From contig CM120641.1 of assembly GCA_051362555.1 (NCBI GenBank), forward strand, positions 35,780,401-35,844,400: a stretch of 64,000 bases of DNA, in the 5' to 3' direction. The position numbers and the translations under genes were made by a program. The DNA is from Lingula anatina. Taxonomy: Eukaryota > Animalia > Brachiopoda. The notes below the pieces were generated by a model. The model saw nothing but the letters and a program-made list of their open reading frames with translations, searched no databases and was not told the origin of the DNA. How positions within the stretch are numbered: the stretch's first letter is position 1; each line of letters begins with the position of its first letter. Below, piece after piece: positions 1 through 13,028 of the stretch.

Positions 1-461
1 CGCGGTTTCTTTCCTGTGGTTATTGATGTCTGTTTTATTCGGTGGCTATGGGTTTTACACAAGGCAGTGGCCTAAGAGATAACAGTTTCGTCCTGGAATC
101 CAGTCACCCATGCTTGGTTAGGTCAAAGACGCACTTAAAAGTTAAAAACATTAAAAGTGGATGGATTAAGAAACTAACGCTTATGCACGTGTGAAATAAG
201 AATGAAAATAAATAAAACGTTACCGTCTGTATGTTTTGTGATTAGAAAGGGTTAAAATGTAATGACACAAATAAAGATTCACATAGGTTTGCAATTGCCT
301 AATATTGTGTTATTAAGAATATCTACTCATTTCTGTTATTGCATATTTAAGAGAAACTAGCATAAATTCTCATTAAGCATATATTTTAAATTTTTTTTCA
401 AACCTTACGTTTTACGGGGTGAGTGCAGACAAGCTTTAAGTACTACTTTCTGACTCTCTAA

Positions 462-737
462 GAGCGCATTCTGAACAAGATGATCCGCCGACTAAATATG
501 GCCGACCCCACTTCAAACGCGATGGCGCTGATTCCCGTTGGTCTCCCCGCCTGCGAAAACGTCAATAAAGTGATCAGATCTCGGCTCAGAGGCTTAATTG
601 CTAGGCCCCTGCAGCAACGGCGCGTGTGGAGGCGGGAAGACCATCATGGAATTAGCGGCAATGCTTTTGAAGTGGGATCGGCCATAATTAATTTGTGGGA
701 TCAGTTAGTCCTCGGATCATCTGTTCTGAATGCGCCC
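462..737. mobile_element. Palindromic MITE, PIF/Harbinger (Tourist-like)
   Basis: Terminal inverted repeats GAGCGCATTCTGAACAAGATGATCC ... GGATCATCTGTTCTGAATGCGCCC, flanked by TAA at 459-461 and 738-740. The arms are near-palindromic internally. A related copy lies at ~52383-52656. Confidence 0.75.
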
Positions 738-1492
738 TAAATACTCTGTTACAATATGTTTAAAGGATTAGTCAGACCGTCAGAATGGCGTGAACGGAGC
801 ATATTCTTCGGAAAACATGCCCAACTAATTCATTCTGCAACCAAAGCGATGCTTGTGTCTTCTTTTCATGACCGTAGTTTCATGGTCACACAAAGAACGC
901 AGAAAGGACTCCGTCCAGTGTAAAGGCCTCTCCCCCCCCTCCCCCCCCAAAAAAAAACAGTTTCTTTTAATTTCAAAATAAATTATTTTAAGGCAAATAA
1001 TTCCATCAACGAGTCATTGTAACAGCATGTTGTAATCGGTGTTAAAACAAATTAATTTTTGTACCCCGCTTTTCAGTGTTCATCGTGGTGCTTTCATCAG
1101 GGATATCTCAGGTTGAGGTTATAAATACGTCGCTAGCCTAATTCCATACGTTGCTTGAATATATTAAAGTACATGAATAGCTTTGTAAAGTCCCTATTGA
1201 CACACATCATAAATATTCAATTTTGTCTTGAATGAAAAAAATGCCCTCAAATTATCGTTTTGTGCTTAAACCTTTCATAACCTGATATTGATATTGATTT
1301 GATATACAGTGTACTGTACGAAAGTAGCTACTATGACACTCCTCAAGTTGGGTCTGCTGGGGGGAGGGGCATTAAAATGATAAATGAGGAAGTCTACCTG
1401 TGAAAGCAGCAGCAGGGGTTTAAATGATCGCTATCTCTGTTCCTTTCTCTTTGACAGCAACGTAGTTAGTTTATTTCCTATTATTGTCAGGG

Positions 1493-1690
1493 CAAATCGT
1501 GCTGAGATATTCTGGATGCGTTGTAATCTTTTGATCTTATCATCTGGACATCCATGTAATACAGAATTACAATAGTCCAACCTGGAAGTTACCAATGAGT
1601 GTATAACAGTAGCAGCAGATGATTGATTCAGATATTTCCTTATGGTGCCAATATTCCGAATGTTGAATATACAAGACCTTGTGGTGCTGG
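1493..1690 (-). mobile_element. LINE (CR1/L2-group) ORF2 fragment, region C-terminal to RT
   Basis: Translation NIRNIGTIRKYLNQSSAATVIHSLVTSRLDYCNSVLHGCPDDKIKRLQRIQNISAR carries the SRLDYCN...LQ.IQN..AR motif typical of CR1/L2-type ORF2. Confidence 0.85.
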
Positions 1691-3372
1691 AGATCTGTGT
1701 CCCCCCCAAGCAATCAATTGTCATGGTTACAAATTAAACCCGGGGGGGCTTAAAAAATAGTCCAGAAGAGTGTACATTTTGTACAGTGTATCTTGTGTGC
1801 ACTTTGCGATCACTCAAGCTTGACAGCAGCAATCAAGCAATCAATTGTCATGGTTACAAATTAAACGCAATTCCCATCCTTCAGAACAAAATCCGTCTAT
1901 ATTTCAAAATTGAAAACTGATCATCTAAGTTTATCTTCACGAAAGAAGGATGTACAACTACAGCAAGCAACCAAGATTTTTGTGTGTGTTGTTGTGTCGC
2001 TCTTTTGGAGTGGTGGCCCTTACAATCTTCCGTAGTACATGTAGTTCAATGCTGCCCTTAACTACGACAGTAGTTCTATCAAGATTTCTGCTGTGCTGTT
2101 ACATTTAACTGAAACCACTCGCTCCAGGTTCCAAATTCATGTCTTTTCATATATCGTTTCATTTATTGTTTCATTTTATCGTCAATTAATCCGAATGCAA
2201 CATCAGATGTAAATAATCCATTATCCTCAACACTAACATTTCAAGAGAACCTGGTAGCGATCAGACTTTGATGGAGTTAATTTCTGAAGTTTAGGGAGGT
2301 TTGAGTTATATTTGGTCTCGAAGCAGAACATATGTTTTAGATTTCCGTGTCGCTACCGTCATCTGACGATTCCATGATACGAATTTACAATTTAGAAACT
2401 CCAACACGTAACGAATGACCAGTTGATTGTTTTCACATCTGTCTAAAAACCAAACTCTCGGCTGTTTAAAATCACCCTTTTTATATGTATACCAAAAGAA
2501 ATATACACGTATACGCTGTAAACGTTTTGAACAGATTATATCTAGGTTAGTAATAAAAAATGCTGCGAACGACAGGAAATTTTTATGTCGTGTCAGTCTT
2601 CTTTATGCCGTGCCAGTCTTCATGCTGTGTGCGTCATTTTGATATGACAAAAGGTGCTTTATACGAAGTCCCCTGGGCAATCAACTTGGTTTGAATGCAT
2701 GCACCATTACTTTTTGCATTTTTTTTTATCATGAACTGTAGACGGAAATTTTAAAATATTAATGACCTTTTGATTGAAAGCCCTTTGCATAACAAAAACC
2801 AAATAACGTACCCTGTTGAATAACACAGCTTCAGTAGATTATAGAGTATTAAAAATAAAATAAAAAAGCAGAGTAGAGTATTTTAACAAAATAAAAAGCA
2901 GATGACTTAAATACTGCTTTCTAAAATAACGACCTCACTGACTCCAATCATGGACAAAATTTCTATCATTATTATGCACACGCTCCAATAAACAATCCTC
3001 CCTTCCCTATATGCCAGAATAGACTTATCGTCTTTGTTTGATCTGACTTAAAAACCGAGGGTGCCATTAATTGAACTGTTTTTAGGTCCGGCAGTAGTTT
3101 ACTGTGAAAACTGATTTGAATGCATTAAGCACGCCAATAGGACAAAAGACTGACAGATATATTCCACGCAGCACAATCCACATGTAGTTTTGAAGTGTGC
3201 GTTGCGGAGCTCAGAGAGAGACAGAAAAAGAGAGAAACAGCACTACTCTGATTAATGAACAATACACAATTACCTGCAAAAAGCTTATTATATTAGCCAA
3301 GTGTAGTACAAGAACAGTGTAACTGTTGGATGCTTTATTTTCTGCGAGACAGTCCAAGAGTAGTAACGCTAC

Positions 3373-6300
3373 ATGATGTGGTGCCAGCAGATTCTGTTGG
3401 CCATGATTCTGGTCATTATGAAGCTCAAGACCATCCTTGGGATGTCCTGTTTTGATAGCAGTCAGCATAGCAGTAATCAGGTTAGTTTCGCAGAATCTCA
3501 GGACCATTCCTTTTTTATTTTTTCAAATTTGTGTGGATATCAATATAATGAATGTCAGTCGTGAACGTTTCATTTTTTTCAATATTTTAGAATGCCGCAG
3601 AGTTACATGCATTATAATAGTAATTCAATTCTTGAAACTTTTTATTTGACTTTTCAATATGTTACTGCTTAGGTTATGAAAATTAAAAAAAATTTTTTTC
3701 CTAAACGATGCTCTTTGTTTCTTTCAGAGTTTCAGTCACCTCAATTGTTCGGTAACAGGTAAGCCATGTTCTATTTACTTTACAGCCTGTCATTGGTGAT
3801 AATGATGACATTGTTTATTGAGAATTTTTTACTCTGAAATGTTGAATACGGCAGCAGTAAATTAAACGCTTCATGTAGATCTATACGAACATTGTATATT
3901 GATTTTCTAATAAATGCTGTTGCATGATAAATCTGATAGCCATCAGCAACCATCATTTGCCGTTATCGCCTCTTAATGACTTTATTACTTTATTATTATT
4001 ATTATTATTTTAACGTTTAGTTGTTACACAAGACAGTGAAACGTGTAAAGGTAATTGGTAAATGTAAAAAATATATAGGCCTATTTATATCTAAAACAAA
4101 AAAATGGGATATAATTTGCCAAAATAGAACGGCACGTATGGATTTGTAACTAGCTGCACTATGCACAAAATGCAAGGATAAATGTAAAATACGGAAATTC
4201 ACTGCATGTCTCTACAGCGAGACATATTTAAATTTGGTGTTTTTAGTTTTTAGTATAGTGGTTATTTATTGTACCCGTTGACGTGATTCCAAATACCAAA
4301 AGCAACGCGTGTATTCAAGATGACGGGTTTGTTGGCTTTTTATTTGTCACGATATCAATTTTGTCACACGAACAATTGGAACTGAAGGTGGTCTTTTGTA
4401 TTTTATGTTCAACATCTGCGGTCCTTGTTTTGTGTAACATTACCGCAATTAAAGTAAACACGGACTAAAAACACGTCTTCCTTTCAGCATTTGAGCTACA
4501 TGTAAGACAGCGAAAAATTCACAAACATATAATTAACTAACAAATTTAAATCACGCTCCATCTTCTTTTAAGGCTAATGTCAAAAAGACGGGATTCTTTA
4601 AGAAATAAATATATGTATGCCACCTTATTTTGATACCAGCTGACCTGACCACCTGTCAGCTAAGAGGAGTAGGGAGTAGTGCTTTTGTAACTATGTGCTA
4701 ACAAAGGGATTCGCCTAGTATCAATTTACCTTCTCCTTTTCTCTTTTTTTAAAAGGAACCTGTTTTAAGCAGTGGCTTAAGCCAGGGAATGATATGAACC
4801 CGGGTTCTCCCACCAAACTCAAGGTGGCTCTAATGCTCCGGAACAACACAAACAAGAGGTCGTACCCTGGATTAGATATTAGGTGGCAGGCAGCAGACGA
4901 CGGTAAGATTCCTTATATATATCATATATTACACCCTACCCGTGCCTTTTTTCTCTCAATTTGACCATAGTCGATAGGTACTTTTTATTTATTTTTTTTT
5001 TACAATTATCGTCATATACATAACTTTTTTTCCAGGTGGGAGGGGGGAGTAACAATTTCTGTTATACTTCTGTATCACTGCAGAAATCATTTTTCCACCG
5101 GAGTACGTATTATGAGTATTTGTCTCTCTGCCAATAAGTATGTACCACTGCGGTAAGTATTAATTTAACAGCAAAGTTACTTCATGTCTGGGATTTTTTT
5201 AATTGCCACAGCAGTAAATGACTTTTGCCGCATATGCTGTGGGATAATGTGCTCGATGTCAGCATCTAAATGCATGCACTGAATAAAGTATACACAGCCT
5301 CGCAAGACGGCTCTTAACACAAACCAGGCGTTTTAACAAACATGTAGGAGGTGGTCGGATAATGCCTGAGTTTAAATCCAATTTATCAAAATAACACGAT
5401 TCAGAGCTGGGCCTCTGAGGACATGTCTTTTGACAGCGCCCCTTGCAGAGTGAGGATGAGTTGAAAGTAGCTCCTAGAGTTTAAGAGGCCTTACGACTTC
5501 ATTATGAGAAAACATACGAGTGGTGAATACAGATGTCTACATCTGTATTCAGGTGTCTCGCCTACAGGTGTCTCGTCTACGTAATGTGAGATATATAGGT
5601 ATTTGAGTCCAAAAGATGCCATTAGGTTCCCTAAAAAGGGCATTCCGAGTTCCTGGGTATCTGTATGCTGGGGACATCATGTGGGCCCCTGCAAAGGGCA
5701 TTCCATGATAGATATGATTGAGGTTGTAGACAGGCCTACCCAACTACCAAACTCCCGAATATATCGGACCACACTACCCGTTTTCAAGGTGTCTGTCAGA
5801 TCGCATTTCGGAGTATCACACCTCAGAACAAATTTTGTAGGACGACCGCGGTCTCATCCACGCTCTGCTGTCACCTTGATCGGATAGTAAACGATTGTCG
5901 TAAAATCGCTATATGATTTTAAAACCGGGTGCATAAATTTGAAAACCACAGAGATAGGTCCATAGTAACTATTAAAGTTAAATAGGAAGTCACATACTGG
6001 CAATTTAACTGTGACCTTGAAATTGACCTTTGACCTACTTTTCACCATGAACTGAACTTTGCAAATATTCGTTCCCTTTTATCTCCAAAACTGGCAGAGA
6101 TAGGTCCATAGTTACTATAGAACTTGAATAGGAAGTCATATACTGGCAATCTAAGTGTGACCTTGAAATTGACCTCTGACCTACTTTTCACCATGAACTG
6201 AACTTTGCAAATCTTTGTTCCTTTTATCTCCAAAACTGGCAGAGATAGGTCCATAATTGCTATTGAAGTTGAATAGGAAGTCATATACTGGCAATCTAAG

Positions 6301-8879
6301 TGTGACCTTAAAATTGACCTTTGGCCTATTTTTCATCATGAATTGAACTTTGCAAATTTCCATTCCCTTTTATCTCCAAAACTGGCAGAGATAGGTCCAT
6401 AGTTACTATAGAACTTGAATAGGAAGTCATATACTGGCAATCTAAGTGTGACCTTGAAATTGACCTCTGACCTACTTTTCACCATGAACTGAACTTTGCA
6501 AATCTTTGTTCCTTTTATCTCCAAAACTGGCAGAGATAGGTCCATAATTGCTATTGAAGTTGAATAGGAAGTCATATACTGGCAATCTAAGTGTGACCTT
6601 AAAATTGACCTTTGGCCTATTTTTCATCATGAATTGAACTTTGCAAATTTTTGTTCCCTTTTATCTCCAAAACTGGCAGAGATAGGTCCATAGTTGCTAT
6701 TGAACTTGAATAGGAAGTCATTAGAGGCAATTTACTGTGACCTTAAAATTGACCTTTGACCTACTTTTTACCATAAACTGAACTTTGCAAATTTTGGTTC
6801 CCTTTTTTAAATAAAATAAATAAAAACATTTATTTTAAGTATATGTTTTAAGTATATGAATATGTTCGTTAGACATACATATAACAAGTATACAACTGGT
6901 CAAAACACGCTGTGTACACAATCTCGCCTCCCTGGGGAGGATACAGCCCCGCTGCCGTGTGAGGCGCTGAGTACTATCAAACTTACAATATCGTTCTCTG
7001 TCTGACCAGGACCCTGCTTCAACCCCAAAGTGCTGAGTGCCCAGCGGGGAGACAGCAGGTACCGTTTATAAAGGACTGGTATGTCCCCGGACGGGTTTTG
7101 AACCTACGTGCTCCCGCTCCGGAGGCGGACACTCTAACCACAAGGCCATCCGGTTTTTATCTCCAAAACTGGCAGAGATAGGTCCATAGTTACTATTGAC
7201 CTTGAATAGGAAGTAATACACTGGCAATCTGTGATCTTGAAATTGACCTTTGACCTACTTTTAACCATGAACTGAACTTTGCACTATTTTCTGGCTTTTA
7301 AATCTGCAAAATTGGCAAAGAAATGCCCATGGTTACTATTGAACTTGAATAGAAATTCATACACTGTGATATTGAAATTGACCTTTGACCTACTTTTTCA
7401 CCATGAACTGAGCTTTGCATATTTTCTTGCCCCTAATATCTTCAAAACTAGCAGAGATGTGCCCGTTGTTGCCCCTAGGTTTTCTCTTTTGTCAGCATAT
7501 ATGCACCACTGACAACACATTTCAAGGAAAACCAATAGGCCTTTTGTCTAGAGAATTAAAGGTGTGATTAGTGTTAGGAAAATGCAGGTCAATTAAAAAA
7601 TCTGCTTGATTGTACCATTTTTAGTTATTTTATTTTATTTTTTATTTATTAATTATTTATTTATTTATTTATTTTTTGCATATTTTGAGAACTCTTGTCG
7701 ATTGCATTTTATAGAGCTTGTCAAGCACAAGACTGGTGGTGGTGTCCCTTTTTTTTGGGGGGGGGGGTGTTTCCATACGAATGCGCTTACTCCAGCTGGT
7801 GGTACAATATCCGGAGGCGGTATCGCCTCTCTGATCCTCTAGTTAATAATGCTATGGTATTTATAATCATGAGCCCCTTGGTGTCTCCTAATTTTTGTAG
7901 TGTCCATACCCCCCTTATCTGTTTTATTTAGGAATCACAGCCTATTCTGTCTGGTTTTATTATTTTATGTATGTCAACACTGACATTTATTTTTCAGGAA
8001 GAAAATAGCACATTACCCCTTATTATGAAAAGATATGGAAGAATTTGGTGCCAAATGTAGTGTCTGTACCCCTACTGTAGTGTCCGTACCCCCAAGCTAT
8101 ACATTAACGATTGGATAACTGGCTATGATGGCTCAATGATGATAAAACTTCAAAATATGGTACAAAATATTGTTCTAGATTGTACAAAATGCATTCATGT
8201 CCTATGATGTTTAGGAAAAAACATTGTATATAAATGTATATTCGATAAAGTGATACTAATAAATAAGAGTCAGGCAAGACATTTTGAAAAAAAATAATAT
8301 CAGTAAAGATGCTACTCTTTGCATTCAAAATGAACAATATTGCTTCCAATATATTGCCAAATATAGCTAATTGCAAAATAATAAATTGTATATGGATTAA
8401 TATTCTATGGATTAATGTATATGGTATATTTTGAGGGGGTACGGACACTACAATACATGCATAATTAACAGAGGTATATTTATAATACTCTCAGTGGATG
8501 AAGTATCAAACATGGATGACAATGAACAAAAGCCAAACAGGAAAAGAAAAGGGAAACCTGAAATTTTTACTGTCAGCAAAAAGAATTTGAAAAAAAAAAA
8601 CGTCAAAGAGCTAATAGTAATGCTGAAACACGTAAGGAAGATGTTGAATGCACGTAACATAACAGAGAAGCAAAAAAATGAAGAATCATCCAAGGCTGGC
8701 CCAGCAGAAAAAAGACTAAAGATGAGAGAAGAAATTAGGACATACTGACAGAGAGTCAAGGAGAAGCAGAAACCCAACAATCCTGAAAACAGCAGAGCAA
8801 GAGGTGCAATTTACCGAGAGATGAAAAAGAAGAAAAGACTCGAAAAACAAGAATCAAGACTGAAACAAAAATCAATCAA

Positions 8880-8910
<31 letters not shown>

Positions 8911-11900
8911 AAAAGACCAAGCAAAAGAAAGAAAAGGTTTGAATTAAAGTCTGGTGAATGAAAGTAAAACTGAATGACACACAACCAAGCGCCAGCATCC
9001 ACTGAAAAACGTGCTGTGGTGTTTCTCCGAAAAACATTTTGATTAATACATGTACTTGTATCCTTTTGGTTAAAGTACTGTTGTTAAATCTTTATTTTGA
9101 TATTTTTAGAATGTTGGCAAAAATAACTGGTAAACAATATGTTATTTCAGTTACAAAAGCATCAGTTACTTGAATGTGTAGTGTCCGTACCCCCAAATCA
9201 TAGCCTAAGAGGCGTTATGTTAATTTGAACGTAACACAAAAAATAATTGATATTGTGTTCTAAAATTGTTCGATGTCATAGTTAAGATGTTATTCGTTTT
9301 ATCTGTTACAAAATTAAACAAATGCATCAGAGTTCATTTCTCAATGTGACCCCTATTTTGTACCCCTGATTGTGAAACAGCCGAATAGGGGTGCCACTTT
9401 CGAAAAGCACAGTTTGGGCATGCCATGCAGAGCTTTCAGTTTGGCTAGTTTCATGGGCACAATTTGTTATATTGTACCAACCAGTGGTTAGAAGAAGACT
9501 CAACGAGGTAATCAGATGGCAAATTATAGGAAGCCATCGTGCTGGGGTGCCAGAGAGACAGATTGCAAGGCAACAGAGAGAAACTGCTAACAAAATGGCG
9601 CAAAACTCATCATGTTTTGGACAAGCCTCTTTCTGGCAAATCGAGATTAACCGACGCAAGAATGAGAAGACCCTTTGGTTCGACTACGCCACCAGAACCG
9701 GATCATGTCGGCCAAACAACAGAGAAACATCTGGACTGAATTAGGAAGAGCTCGAGTCAGTAGGCACACAGTCAACATGCATCTTTTAGAAGCTGAACTT
9801 CCATCTAAAAGATCTCGTAAAAAGCTACCGTCGACCAAAAGACACGGGCAGATAAGATTGGCATAAGCCAGATGCCGAGAAAGATGGAATCTCAGGACTG
9901 GGTGAAGGGTCCTGTGGACTGACGAGAGCAGATTCACTTGTATGTATGCAGATGGTGGGCTTGGAGCCTGTAGAGGTTCAAACCAAGCGTTTCAGGATGA
10001 TTGTGCTCTTCCACGTGTTCAGGGGGGCGGAGTTTCCATCATAGTATGGGTTTCTCATATGATGTGGTTTCTCATAATGATGTAGAATTGCCACTGTGCG
10101 TCATGCAAGGGAGGTACACTGGTCAACGATACAGAGACGAAATGCCATTGGGGCGCATGCAATCACACATTCAAGCTAATCCAGGAAGATATATCATTTT
10201 GGTGTAGGACAATTTGCCCATCCATAAAGCACGGTCCGTGCAAATCGCGCAAACAGCATGATATTCCAAATTTAGATTGCCCTGGATATTCGCCAATTCT
10301 CAGTGTAATTGAACATGCTAAGGATATGATTGACAGGGCAGTAAATGAGAAACAACTTCCAGTCGGAAACATAAGAAAGCTACAGCAGGCAGTAATTTAG
10401 GAATGGGACCGGCTCACAATGCAAGATTGACAGAATTTGGTGGCAAATTGCAATAGACACTGTGAAGCTGTTTTTCAAAACCAGGGAGGGCACCCCCAAT
10501 ATTTATTAGATAATAGACGATTAATCATCTATTATCTACAGTCTTCTTTTATTAATACTAATTCTTAGATGATTGAACTTTATTTTTTCATGATAATCTG
10601 TTTTAATCAGCAAGCACTTTTTGCTGGGTGAGCATACTTTTTAGACACACGGTTTGGCTTCTTTTGGTACCGTTTGGTTAATAAAGTTATTTTGATTACT
10701 ACAATAAGCTATGTGGTGTATTTCATTAACAGAAATATTCAATTTGAATAGGTTATTTATAAAATATGAAAGAAAAATGCATAATTCCACTAACAAATGA
10801 AATCATGATCATGATAGATGAAACTTTTGAAAAATCTGGGTATTGCTTAACTTATGAGCATCAGTGTATTTGTATATCGTTATTTCTGCCTTACGCGATT
10901 CATGTTAGGAACACGAAACCTTCCGGACTGATAAACCTGTCATTGTGGATATGTCTGGGTCCTTCGGGAATTTAAGCATGATTTGGGGTGTGGCCGTCCC
11001 TGGGGGGGGGGGGGGGTAATCCTATTTTTCACATTGTTATTTCTGCTATCTACCCTTAATTGCATTCGCCAGTGAACCAAACAAAAATACATTGCCTATT
11101 CTATGTCGTACGACAACCATAAAGAGTGATATTTTGGATCACCATGTTTTCCAAATTATCGTCTGTAAAAGAGTTTACACGCCCCACAAAGGACCTTCAT
11201 GTCGGTGCCTAGTAAAAAAAAAAATTCCGAAGTTCCGAGCCACATCGTAAATTATATTTTTATTAATCCCCTACATATCAAGTACCTAACTCTTATTTTC
11301 TAGGAAATGACGTGAAATTGAGTGTGCATATAACCGCCCGCTCCAGGGGCAGCCTGATCAAATTCAGTGTACTAAGTCGAGGCAACCCTGTCCCCATTCA
11401 AATTCAACCTTTTTAGTACTTCAAACCACTGCAGTGTCTTAGAAAAACCTGATTGCAAAATGCGTCCCGGTTGCAAAATGCGTTTTCACAATTTTCTTTG
11501 GTTCCAAAATGCGTTCAGTTGCAAAATTTCTATTAGCGGGAATCATTCATTGAAGCTTTGTACGTTTTTTTCGTTGATAGTGATTATCTAGTGATAGTGA
11601 TTTCGCAACTCCATTATCTATAATCAGTGAAATGATTTAACGTAACTCAATAATACCCTCTACCAGGATATTTTTGTGGATATTTTTGGCTGACATCAGA
11701 CCAAAATGACAGCCTATTTATCTAGAATATATCTGTGAATAATTGTGAAAAACCAATCTGTCGCCCTAGTAGAGGGTAACTCAATAATTTATATTCCACC
11801 ACATTTCTTTTACGAAAGCATTTAACCATCGTGACAATATTTTTTCAGCATCATACCAGTATACCGAAGGATTTCGTATCCATGCACAATATCTCTCCAC

Positions 11901-12990
11901 GGGAGGAAGCGAGTGTAAAATTTTTAATAAATAAAGCTGGTTGGAGACAGGAGGATCAAATCAAGAAGGTAATCAATACATGGATTGGTAACTTTAAGGG
12001 AAAAGGGTTGGATGGTGAAGAATCGACTCAACGAGATGGACGTCAAGTCGTTTTATTATTTGTACCGGTACTTCCTTTCTGAAACTTTTATCTGTCAGAT
12101 GACACGTAAAAAGGCTAAGCTTATTTTTAAATATGGTTTGGGTGATAACCTGGTCGCCCAGTTTTTATTTCATTATTATTCTATTCGTCATCGGCAAAAT
12201 AAGTGCAATCTTCTATCCAAGATCACTCATGAAACGCCTCAGGCTCCGGAGCATGAAATTATCCCTAATTCAAAATCTACAGGGGATTTAATTTATTAAG
12301 TATGTAAAAAGTTACTCCTTAGCTTTACGGGGTTTGCAAAGAAAGCCGAATCTAGCAACCAGATAGTAAAAGGTAGAGAATGGTGGTTGTGGGGTTGTAC
12401 GTTTTTATTAAATTTTCATTTCATGAAAACTATCCTTGATGAGAAGAGGAATTCATTTAACACAAAATATTACATTTTTTTTAAATTTCTTAGTGAACTA
12501 TGTATATGTAAAAATAATTGAAAAACTAATATATTGTTATTTTGAAAAAATCCCAGCTAGTATTCATTTTAATGTGTATTTTGTTGACCATAGCACCAAC
12601 TGCCAGTGTTTATAATTGCCGCCCCGGCTGCAGGAGGCAGCTATATGCTGGTCTTTTTTACTATTTCAGCCCACCTTCTTCTACCAAATATGGCCTCTTC
12701 CTCGAGGTGTCAATACAGTATTTGTGGAGGTCTGCAGCTTACCTCTGCCCATAAGGGCCGGTCATACCAGACCATGTGTCGCTACTTTTATTAGCGTACC
12801 AAGCTATCAATACGGTGCAGGTACAGTTGTAATCTCCTTTTTTGTATTTGTACTGTTCGTTAATTTTGGGCGTATTTGTTTCAAGCATAGAACTCTACTT
12901 CTATTGTTTCAAGCAAGCGTTATATCATATTACCACGTTCACTTTTAAAGAAGCTCGACGTACAGTATCTCCATATATAACATGTATTTA

Positions 12991-13028
<38 letters not shown>

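Noticed and set aside
480-740. 86-aa ORF
   Set aside because: Lies wholly inside a palindromic MITE and has no protein features.
5854-6575. Repeated 60-80 aa minus-strand ORFs
   Set aside because: By-products of the 146-bp satellite.
7060-7153. tRNA gene
   Set aside because: It has A/B boxes but continues into a SINE body with no acceptor-stem pairing, so it is a SINE head.
12542-12754. ORF with signal-peptide-like start and Cys motif (VYNCRPGC)
   Set aside because: The start is TTG in intronic AT-rich DNA, and it overlaps IL17R exon 5 in another frame.
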